Shown: positions 22,256 through 29,862 of the stretch, piece after piece
Layout: each line of letters opens with the position of its first letter
How positions within the stretch are numbered: the first letter of the stretch is position 1
Assembly: GCA_965116905.1 (NCBI GenBank)
Contig: OZ220732.1
Location: 1,792,001-1,856,000 of the forward strand
Direction of reading: 5' to 3'
Length of the DNA: 64,000 bases
Source: Longimicrobiales bacterium
Lineage (GTDB): Bacteria > Gemmatimonadota > Gemmatimonadetes > Longimicrobiales > Gaopeijiaceae
Made by a program: the position numbers and the translations under genes
The notes under the pieces: generated by a model
Seen by the model: the letters and a program-made list of their open reading frames with translations, nothing else
What the model was told of the DNA's origin: nothing
Databases searched by the model: none

Positions 22256-22440
22256 TTCTTGATGGGCGACCATCGGGACGATAGCCTTGGCCTGGCACAT
22301 GTGAGGCTTCCTTGCGGGCGGTTAGGCCTGCCCATGCGGGTCTACGCCCTACGACTGGTGACGTCGGGCCAATACGGCCCCACCTGACCCCCTTTCGCTG
22401 GTCGGCGGTTGGAGAATGGCTCCGAATACGCCCATCAGAA
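22256..22440. ncRNA. Candidate structured RNA/ssDNA domain (multi-hairpin ring closed by a long-range stem)
   Basis: TGATGGGCG (22260-68) pairs with CGCCCATCA (22429-37), plus TTC/GAA; encloses 7-8 short hairpins. Confidence 0.4.
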
Positions 22441-22555
22441 CGAAGCCGACGAGCTTTGCCATGGACGCACCCTCGTTTTGCACCTCGGGTGGACGCGCCG
22501 CAACCCCGGGCATAAACGGATTGCCCCCCGGCCCAGGGTTGCGGCATTCTCCTTC

Positions 22556-23119
22556 CTACCCCTCCCAAAGCACGAGCCAGAGCGCTTCATCCGGATGGTT
22601 GCGCGCATCCTCGCGAATCTCGTACCGGCGCGCCGAGTGGCAATACGGAACGCCGCAGGCCGCCCGCTGCCCCGACGCGTCCACGCTGGCTCCAGTCGCT
22701 TTGGGCGTTCTGTAGACGGAGAGGAGCCATCGGCCGCGGCGCGGCTGAAGGAGCCACGAGATGTCACCTCGGGCGACAGGCTCGCCGTTCTGGTGCAGTG
22801 CGGCGAACACGCTGACCCTCCCGTCTGCCGGCAGTTCGATCGGCGGCGAGCCCTGGTTCGCGCCGCTGAAATTGGACGCGTCGAGTATTCGCGTCTGCTC
22901 TCCGGCGACGAATACGTCGACGACGAGGCCGGCGAGGCCGGCGGAGTCGGTGAGCGAGGTGTTCACCGGCACACGCTCGCCCGACCCCACCGGCCATTCC
23001 ACCGTATAGGGGCGCGTTCTCTCCCAGCGGTCGCCGGCGTACACCTCGAGCTGCGCCGTGTCTTCCGGGGCGGTGCACGTCGCCGCCAGGGCACCGGCCA
23101 AGAGTGGTAGCGCGCGCAT
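22556..23119 (-). CDS. Hypothetical secreted protein/lipoprotein (IME cargo)
   Basis: Signal-like N-terminus MRALPLLAGALAATC; starts immediately after the stop of the upstream protease gene. Confidence 0.6.
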   Translation of the reverse strand: MRALPLLAGALAATCTAPEDTAQLEVYAGDRWERTRPYTVEWPVGSGERVPVNTSLTDSAGLAGLVVDVFVAGEQTRILDASNFSGANQGSPPIELPADGRVSVFAALHQNGEPVARGDISWLLQPRRGRWLLSVYRTPKATGASVDASGQRAACGVPYCHSARRYEIREDARNHPDEALWLVLWEG

Positions 23120-23120
23120 T

Positions 23121-24807
23121 TCAGTTGTTCCCCATGCTCTTGAGCCACGTCGAGCGGATGTCGTTCGCGTTCCAAGATGATGGTCGCGTGACTCTCACGC
23201 CAGACGGGGCGCTGATGCCGGGAAAGTGGTCGTCGTGCGCATCGTCGTCGACTTCTCCCTCCAAGCACCAAATGAAATCGGGAACAGAGTTCATCTGGCT
23301 GCTTGGTGTGCGGCACGTTCGAATGACCGTCATCACCTTGTCGGGATCCAGATCCGTCTTGTCGTCGCCCTCGTTGTTTTCATCGATCAGGTCCCACAGC
23401 GCTGCGGCGACGTTGCCTTCGATCTCCGCCGGCGCGCCGTCGTCGCGCTCCAACTTCGACCAGGTCTCCCAGCCGAAACGGTCGTCTGGCGATCCGATGT
23501 CGCCGCCGTAGTCGGCCAGACCTTCGGACATTGCGCAACTGTACGAGGACACCGAATCGGTGTAGTGGGGGTTGCAGTTCGACGTGCGCCAGATCCCCCC
23601 CAGCTCCTCTTCATGCAGGGCGTGGGTGAATTCGTGTGCGGATACCCAGGGCCGGTCGTAGTGGCCGCGGAACACGATCTCGTCGTCGTCGTCATCGTAG
23701 TAGCTGGCGGGCGGGGTCTCGTCGTCCTCGTTGAACTCGCGGAACCTGAACGTGCTCCGGCTCCTGTTGTAGCCGAAGTGGTCCTCGATCAGATCGATGG
23801 CATCGTCGTCGAGATAGCTCCACGGCAGGTAGAGCTGCCTCGCTCCCTCTACATTCTTCGTGCCGTCGCTGCAGTCGCTGTACCTGACCTGGAAGGAGGC
23901 GAGGCGGTGGCCGCCGTTGATGTCCGACGTGGTGGGGTTCTTCACGCTACCCCTGCCGACCTGCTCCGCGTAGCCCACGCAGGGCACGTTCAGGATCCCG
24001 CTGGAGGGCACCGTCCGAATCCAGGTGGAGATAAGCTGGCCCCGCTCGTAGTAGTCGACCCGCAGCTGCGCACCTTCCATCGCTACGTTGTCGCCGAACC
24101 GATCCTCGGTATAGGCGTAGAGCCTGAACGTGCCTGCGGAGGCCGTTGCGCTTGCCGCAGTGGTGACTCCTGTCGCCGCGGCGGCGCTGGCGCTCCCATT
24201 GATCCACGCCTCAAACGGTCCTGGCTGCGCGACGACCTCGGAAGGGAACACAGATTCGTCGAACACCCTGGTGACGAACCCGCCGCCGTCGATCACGTAC
24301 AGCCACGCCTCGTGAAGGACATCGTCGAACACGTAGGCGCTCTTGTAGCCACCGTCGGTGTCGGCGAAAGCGGTGATCTTGTAGTATCCCTTCTTGTCGA
24401 TCTCGCCGATTTCGACGATTTGTTTCCACTGCTCGCCACGCTCCATTTTCGGTAGCGTCCAGCTCTTGACCACGGGCGCCTTGCCGCCCGGGACGACGCC
24501 GTTCGCCATCGCGTTGAACGTAGGCAGCCTGACTTGCACTTCACCTCCGCTGATGTCCGCGACCGCTACGGCCTCGATGTGGACGGTGATCGGTGTACCC
24601 GGTGCCAACTCGCCGGTGACCTCGAAATCAACATCGAGGCGGGATTGATACTTCTCGGCGTTAGTGCCGTCGTCGGTCTCCTGTTGGTGCGCCGTGATCA
24701 TCGGCGCTGGATGTTCGGTGTGCTCTGCCCTAGGGGCAACCTGGATCGTCGGTGCAGGCGGCCATGAGCAGCACGCCCGCTGTCAGAAGGCATCTGTGGT
24801 GTCGCAT
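23121..24807 (-). pseudogene. Lipoprotein zinc metallopeptidase (gluzincin-like), frameshifted just after its signal peptide
   Basis: AAGGAG SD and ATG at 24807 give MRHHRCLLTAGVLLMAAC-TDDPGCP*; deleting one base near 24740 joins this to the 526-aa ORF (561 aa total) containing HEFTH and SEGLAD. Confidence 0.78.
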
Positions 24808-25001
24808 GGGATCTCTCCTTGCGTGTTTCCCTGTTTGCTTTCCGGTCGTCCGTTTGAAGCGCCCAGCGGGAGCTCCGCGGCTGATACGCCCATCGGTGGT
24901 GCCTCCTTCCAGTAGAGTTCAAGGATTGCCGCGCGACTCGTGTAGCCGTTCGCAGGGCGAGTGTTCGCACCAAAGCTGGCAACACGTATCCACCCTCACT
25001 A

Positions 25002-25058
25002 GAGGGAAAACCCTGTGATTTCGTGAGGGAAAACCCTGGACTTCATGAGGGAAAACAC
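25002..25058 (+). repeat. Three direct repeats GAGGGAAAAC(CCTG) with 22-23-bp period; operator- or iteron-like
   Basis: Copies at 25002, 25025 and 25047; the first two contain the dyad AGGG-AAAA-CCCT. Confidence 0.85.
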
Positions 25059-25529
25059 GGGGTTCGGGTGGGGGAATCCCTCTCACTCGGCCATGTCGTC
25101 GGACAGTTCCAGAGGGCTGCGAGGTGGCTGCGACGGGAGCAGATTCGTCCAAGTCGATGGCTTCGCAGTGTCCGCGAACTCCACGCCTGACTGGCTGATG
25201 GGAACCCGGACGGGGACGTTTGGGCGCGCCGCTGGTGGCAGTGTCCAGCGGCTCGCGTACCGCGCTGAACCTCCCGGAACGCAATGGGACTTGTAGGTAG
25301 TATCCGACAGGTTGACTTGCTGGCGAGCGGCTCTCCAGCGTTCGGGCATGGAGACGCCGAAGCAGTTGTTCGACACGCGGTGAACGTGTTCCCCAAGGGC
25401 CTCGCCTTCCCCGACGCCTTTCGTGACGAAGCTCTTGGACGGCTTGGGCCGGCGAGCTTGTCCGCGACTGCTCGATAGGCGTGGTTCCGGGCGATGTCCG
25501 GTGAGACGTTTTCGCGGGCGGTCCACGGG

Positions 25530-25570
25530 GCTGGCTTGGCCACGCTAAGGTGGACAAGCCAGCATACCCC
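25530..25570 (-). other. oriT with ColE1/MOBP5-like nic site
   Basis: Minus strand GGGGTATGCTGG^CTTG (nick predicted between 25559 and 25558) resembles ColE1 ...TATACTGG^CTTA; sits in inverted repeat GCTGGCTTG / CAAGCCAGC directly upstream of mobC. Confidence 0.72.
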
Positions 25571-25653
25571 TTGGGGCCACACTCCGTGAGTCCCCTGCGG
25601 AGGCTGGCGGGAGGCTGCGCCCCCTCTGACCCCGCCAACGGAAACGGCGCGCC

Positions 25654-25992
25654 ATGAGCCGGGGACGCGCCGTTTGGGTGAGGGTGCGCGCCAGCGAGGC
25701 GGAGCGCGCCGAGTGGCACGCCAAGGCGCGCTCGGCAGGCCTCACGCTGTCGGATCTGGTGCGCCGGGCGGTCGGCCGGACGCACACGTGGACCGTGGCG
25801 CACGCCGAGGTCGAGCGCGAGCGCACCCGGCAGGTGGCGCGCGTCGGCAACAACCTCAACCAGATCGCTCGCTGGGCCAATGCCCACAAGGAGGGCGTCG
25901 AGGCCGTCGAGGTGATCGGCCACCTGATCGCCATCAGGCGGGCGCTCGGCGCCTTGGAGCCCGCCGAAGACCCGGACGCGGATGCACCTTAA
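25654..25992 (+). CDS. mobC: Relaxosome accessory protein MobC/MbeC (ribbon-helix-helix)
   Basis: VRVRASEAE...AGLTLSDLVR and the GNNLNQIAR motif. Confidence 0.92.
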   Translation: MSRGRAVWVRVRASEAERAEWHAKARSAGLTLSDLVRRAVGRTHTWTVAHAEVERERTRQVARVGNNLNQIARWANAHKEGVEAVEVIGHLIAIRRALGALEPAEDPDADAP

Positions 25993-27547
25993 GTTCCTGG
26001 CGCACGGAACCGGATCGGCCCGCAAGGCGGCCAAGTACCTCCTCGGCGAGCTTGACGCGGCCGGGAAGCCGCGCGAAGGCGTCGAGGTGCTCAGGGGAGA
26101 TCCCCACCAGGTGGCCACCGTGGCCGATGCGCTTCCCTTCGAGCACAGGTACACGTCCGGCGTGATCGCGTGGGCGCCGGAGGATCAGCCGAGCGACGAG
26201 CAGATCGAGGCGGTCGTGGACGCCTTCGAGAAGACGGCCTGGGCGGGGCTGGACTTCGACCGCTACGCATGGACGGCGGTGCTGCACCGGGAGGAGGGCG
26301 GCGGTGCCCATGTCCACGTTCTGGCCGCGCGCTGCGACTTGGAGACCGGACGGAGCTTGAACATCGCCCCTCCGGGCTGGGAGAAGACCTTTGGCCCGCT
26401 CCGGGACGCCTTCAACCATGAACACGGCTGGGCTCGCCCGGACGATCCGGCGCGGGCGAGGGTGCAGCAGCCGGGCCACCGCGCCTACATCGAGGCGGCG
26501 CAACTGCGGGCGGGCCTCCGGCTCGAATCCTCCCCCCGCGACCTGATCCGCGACTACCTGCTCCAGCGCGTCGAGAACGGGACCGTGCGGAATCGCAACG
26601 AGGTCGTCGAGGCGCTACGCGAGGCGGGCCTTGAAGTGCCGCGCCAAGGCATGGACTACGTCACCGCGCTGGACCCGGCGACGGGGGACCGGTGGCGGCT
26701 GAAAGGAGAACTGTATGGAGAGAACTTCGACCGCGAACGATTTGACCGCCCGGCTCGGGAGGCGGCTGGAGACCGAACGCAGGGAGATCGAGGAGTTGAC
26801 CGCGAACGAGCTGGAGCGGCTCGGCGAGAACTCGCGGCGCGTCGCGAGGCGCGCGCTGCGTTCCATCGAGCGCGATACGGCGGAGGCGGTCGGGAAGATG
26901 CGCGAGTTGCTGGTCAAGGCGTGGATCCGGCCGCTGATCGTCGGCATGGCGCTCTGGCTCGGCATCTTCGTCGGAAGCTGGGCGACGATGCAGTGGTTGT
27001 CGAGGAGCGTTCAGGACCGGATCGAGGACATCGAACTGGCGAAGATCGAGATCGAGGGAGGGCGCGAGATGATCGCCGAGATCGAGGAGACGACCTGGGG
27101 CGTGGGGCTGCGGGAAGTGAACGGGGTGCGGTACGTGACGCTGCCGCGCGGCACGCCGGTCCTGACGGCCTTCGCCGTGGTCGGGCGGCCCTACGTCGAG
27201 CTGTCAAGAGAGTGAGGAGGCTGCATGACCGAATTGGAGAGGCAGTTGATGGAGGCCTTGAAGAGGTTGTCCGCGCAGTCCGAGACGGAACGGCGGCGGC
27301 AATCCGAGCAGGTCGAAGCCTTGCGGCGGCGCGTCGAGCGGCAAAGCGGGGAGAACGAAGCCTTGCAGCAGCGCGTCGAGCGGCTGAGCGAGGAGAACGA
27401 AGCCTTGCAGCAGCGAATCGAGCGGCTCGACGTGCTGGCGACACGCTTGGCCGAGTATTTCGGGACATCCGCCGTCGCGAGACCGCGCGGCCTCCGTATC
27501 TGATGCGGCGACCGGGACCGGATCGCGATCAGGGTCCGAGCCGCTGA
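25982..27547 (+). CDS. mobA: Relaxase MobA/MbeA (ColE1-like, MOBP)
   Basis: Catalytic Tyr in KYLL, VLRGDP, RYTSGVIAW, LH...HVH, DLETGRSLN, PDDPAR, RLKG.LY. Confidence 0.92.
   Translation: MHLKFLAHGTGSARKAAKYLLGELDAAGKPREGVEVLRGDPHQVATVADALPFEHRYTSGVIAWAPEDQPSDEQIEAVVDAFEKTAWAGLDFDRYAWTAVLHREEGGGAHVHVLAARCDLETGRSLNIAPPGWEKTFGPLRDAFNHEHGWARPDDPARARVQQPGHRAYIEAAQLRAGLRLESSPRDLIRDYLLQRVENGTVRNRNEVVEALREAGLEVPRQGMDYVTALDPATGDRWRLKGELYGENFDRERFDRPAREAAGDRTQGDRGVDRERAGAARRELAARREARAAFHRARYGGGGREDARVAGQGVDPAADRRHGALARHLRRKLGDDAVVVEERSGPDRGHRTGEDRDRGRARDDRRDRGDDLGRGAAGSERGAVRDAAARHAGPDGLRRGRAALRRAVKRVRRLHDRIGEAVDGGLEEVVRAVRDGTAAAIRAGRSLAAARRAAKRGERSLAAARRAAERGERSLAAANRAARRAGDTLGRVFRDIRRRETARPPYLMRRPGPDRDQGPSR
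26715..27215 (+). CDS. MbeB-like mobilization protein nested in the relaxase gene (alternate frame)
   Basis: AAAGGAG SD, coiled coil, TM helix and TWGV...YVTLP motif; same position as mbeB in ColE1. Confidence 0.75.
   Translation: MERTSTANDLTARLGRRLETERREIEELTANELERLGENSRRVARRALRSIERDTAEAVGKMRELLVKAWIRPLIVGMALWLGIFVGSWATMQWLSRSVQDRIEDIELAKIEIEGGREMIAEIEETTWGVGLREVNGVRYVTLPRGTPVLTAFAVVGRPYVELSRE
27225..27503 (+). CDS. MbeD/MobD-like coiled-coil protein nested in the relaxase gene
   Basis: MTELERQLMEAL start typical of MbeD; GAGGAGG SD. Confidence 0.8.
   Translation: MTELERQLMEALKRLSAQSETERRRQSEQVEALRRRVERQSGENEALQQRVERLSEENEALQQRIERLDVLATRLAEYFGTSAVARPRGLRI
27314..27428 (+). repeat. 42-bp tandem repeat, about 2.7 copies, read in two overlapping frames
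   Basis: CGAAGCCTTGC at 27314, 27356 and 27398. Confidence 0.85.
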
Positions 27548-27614
27548 TGGCGTCCAGTCGCACAGCCGACCGCACGTCTAGCGGAGAAGCCATTCCGGCG
27601 CGAAGTTTGGGGCG

Positions 27615-27664
27615 CGCAGATCGTGCAGTCCATCGAGAGAGGAATCGAACGATGGCACGCACGA
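27615..27664 (+). promoter_or_regulatory. Toehold-switch-like hairpin sequestering the integrase start codon
   Basis: CCAUCG (27630-35) pairs with CGAUGG (27650-55, contains AUG); 3x3 internal loop; UCGUGC (27621-26) pairs with GCACGA (27659-64); 14-nt loop holds the GAGAGGA SD; free 5' CGCAGA toehold. Confidence 0.65.
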
Positions 27665-28812
27665 AACGAAGTCGGCGCTCCTACGGCGCCGGCGAATGGG
27701 GCCGGAATCGGGTGAGGGTGTTTCCTGATCCCAAGACCGGCCGATACCAGATCGAGTGGCGAGAGAACGGGCGCAGGCTCACGAGGTCGCTCAAGCACCG
27801 TGACTGGTCGCGGGCCAAGAGGCAGGCGGACGAGGTTGCCGCTGGCCTCGCGGTCCACGAGCCCAACGGCAAGACCGAGGCCGAGCCCGAGCCACTCACG
27901 CTGACTACGCTTTTTGACATCTACGGGGAAGAGGTGACGCCCACCAAGGCGCATCGCACCCGGCGGCGGGACAGAGTCACAATGGCGATGTTCCTCAAGT
28001 TCTTCGGCAGGGACCGAAGGCCTGAAACCCTTTCCCAGCGGGACTGGGACCGCTTCATCCGAGAGCGTCGCGCGGGCAGGGTCGGCCCCAGTGGGAAGCC
28101 TGTGGGCGACCGGATGATCGAATGGGACCTGACGTTCCTGATGGCAGTGCTGAACTGGGCGGCGAGGTCGAAGGACGAGCACGGGCGCCCGCTCCTCGAA
28201 CGGAACCCGCTGAGGGGTCTCAGGAAGCCCAGGGAGAAGAACCCGACCCGCGTTGTTCTCACGGAAGAGGAATACCAAGCGCTTCTCCGGGTGTCGCGGC
28301 AGGTCGGCTGGCGATTCCACGTCGCTCTCGTGCTCGCCCACGAGACCGGGCATCGGATCGGCGCGATTCGCAACCTCCGGTGGGCGGATATCGACATCGA
28401 GGGAAGGACCATCCGGTGGCGCGCCGAACACGAGAAGAATGGGTACGAGCACCGAACGCCGCTGACCGACGAGGCCCTCGCTGTCTTGCAGGAGGCGTGC
28501 AGGATGGGTGCCGGGACTGGAAATGCCCCAGTGCTTCCTTCGTCAAGGGATGCTACGCGGTGCATTCACCGCGTTTCCGCATACCAGTGGTGGAGGAAGG
28601 CGCAGACGCTCGCGGGATTGGAGCCGAAAGCGCGACGGGGTTGGCACTCGCTGAGGCGCAAGTTCGCCAGCGACCTGATGGATCAGCCGCTGAAGGTGCT
28701 CTGCGAACTTGGAGGCTGGAAGGCGGCCAAGACCGTTCTCCGCTGCTACCAGCAACCGGACGAAGCGCAACTCCGGCAGGCGATCCTGAGCCGCCGCAGG
28801 CCGCGGGGGTGA
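27652..28812 (+). CDS. int: Tyrosine recombinase/integrase
   Basis: R (ETGHRIG), K (EHEK), HSLRR, LGGW and Y (RCYQ) catalytic set; N-terminal arm-binding-like region. An alternative in-frame ATG at 27547 overlaps the relaxase stop. Confidence 0.93.
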   Translation: MARTKRSRRSYGAGEWGRNRVRVFPDPKTGRYQIEWRENGRRLTRSLKHRDWSRAKRQADEVAAGLAVHEPNGKTEAEPEPLTLTTLFDIYGEEVTPTKAHRTRRRDRVTMAMFLKFFGRDRRPETLSQRDWDRFIRERRAGRVGPSGKPVGDRMIEWDLTFLMAVLNWAARSKDEHGRPLLERNPLRGLRKPREKNPTRVVLTEEEYQALLRVSRQVGWRFHVALVLAHETGHRIGAIRNLRWADIDIEGRTIRWRAEHEKNGYEHRTPLTDEALAVLQEACRMGAGTGNAPVLPSSRDATRCIHRVSAYQWWRKAQTLAGLEPKARRGWHSLRRKFASDLMDQPLKVLCELGGWKAAKTVLRCYQQPDEAQLRQAILSRRRPRG

Positions 28813-28822
28813 AATCCGAATC

Positions 28823-28845
28823 GGCGGGAATCAAACAGCGGGAAC
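28823..28845 (+). repeat. Putative integrase arm-type sites at the right end (GGCGGGAATC, GCGGGAAC)
   Basis: Identical to motifs at 22233-42 and 22212-19. Confidence 0.65.
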
Positions 28846-28913
28846 TCGCACGCCGAATCCCGTAACGTCAATGGTCACAAACAGATCCGCACGGGATAGA
28901 GCATGATGGCCCA

Positions 28914-29718
28914 TCTTCGATATCCTGCCCAGCCTCGGCTTGCCTCCGGTCGTGTGTTGCCGGGGCACGAGACCGAGCCAGGCCGAGAAGTCGCGCCCGC
29001 GCCGGAAGCTCTCCATCGGCGGCGCGAAGGCCTGGATGGCCATGGCGGTGACCGGCCCGATGCCCGGGATCGTCATCAGCCGCGTCGTCTCCTCACTCTC
29101 CCGGGCGCTCGTCCGGATCTCCCGGTCGAGTCCGCCGATCTTCTCGTCGAGTTCCTCGATCCGCCCGAGAAGCACCGAGCCCAGCTCGACGACCGCCTCC
29201 GGCAGGCCACAGTCCCCGTCCTCGATCACCTCAGCCAGCTGCGCGATCCGGGCCCTGCCCTGCGGCGCCACCACGCCGTACTCGGCCAGGTGGCCCCGAA
29301 GCGCGTTGATCGTCTGCGTGCGCTGGCGCACCAGCAGGTCGCGCGTGTGAAAGCGCATCGCCCGCGCCTGCTGGGCTTCCGACTTGACCGCCACGAAGTG
29401 CATGGTCGGTCGCTGCGCCGCCTCCGTGATCGCCTCCGCGTCGGCCGCGTCGTTCTTGCTTCGCTTGACGAACGGCTTCACGTAGATCGGGGGAACCAGC
29501 CTCACCTCGTGGCCGAGCGCCAGGGTCTCCCGGCCCCAGTAGTGGGCGCTGGCGCACGCCTCCATCGCCACCGTACACGGCGGCTGCGATGCAAGAAAGC
29601 CCAGCAACTTCCCGCGGCTCAGCTTCTTGCGGTATGCCACCGACCCGTCCGCCCGGGCCCCGTGCACCTGAAAGCTGCGTTTTGCCAGATCGATCCCGAT
29701 GATGGTAACCTCTTCCAT
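28914..29718 (-). pseudogene. IS110 transposase, N-terminal fragment (DEDD RuvC domain plus start of Tnp domain)
   Basis: IGIDLAK, AMEAC, KNDAADA, IPGIG, AWLGLVPRQHTTGGK...ISKMG; breaks at the IME junction. Confidence 0.95.
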
Positions 29719-29862
29719 GTGGATGCCTCCTCCCTGTGATGGTCAGACCTCTCAAGGTCGCAATCGCTTCAGTACCATCCTTGGCACATTGCGATGCCGC
29801 CGGGAGGGGGCGTCCACTCCATCAGTTTAGCGCGTAAGCTGAACCATGAGCAGGACACCGCC

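Larger units (their letters stand above)
22101..28913 (+). mobile_element. Integrative mobilizable element (tyrosine integrase + ColE1-like mob module + cargo), 6,813 bp
   Basis: Flanked by direct repeat TGGCCCA (22094-22100 and 28907-28913); its removal restores the IS110 ORF; contains int, relaxase and oriT but no recognisable rep or T4SS genes. Confidence 0.92.
21588..29823 (-). mobile_element. IS110-family (IS1111 group) insertion sequence, 1,423 bp without its internal 6,813-bp insertion
   Basis: Sub-terminal 11-bp inverted repeats GTGGACGCCCC (21591-21601) and GGGGCGTCCAC (29807-29817), lying 3 and 6 bp from AGTTTA copies at 21582-21587 and 29824-29829; split transposase; long 3' non-coding region. 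Confidence 0.92.

Noticed and set aside
22360..22402. RNA guide for the tyrosine integrase (GGGCCA, ACCTGA and CGCTGG matches to attB)
   Set aside because: Only 6-nt matches in GC-rich DNA with inconsistent spacing; expected by chance.
22520..22560. Premature stop in the cargo lipoprotein (WEG*EGEC)
   Set aside because: Plausible but cannot be supported without homologues.
25060..25526. Small ORFs as rep or excisionase
   Set aside because: No recognisable motif, SD or typical codon pattern in any frame.
28813..28913. tRNA as the integrase target
   Set aside because: No cloverleaf or T-loop motif at either end; the target is demonstrably the IS110 ORF.
21560..29845. Integron attC as the IS1111 target
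   Set aside because: The reconstructed empty site lacks a GTTRRRY/RYYYAAC pair and a long imperfect palindrome.
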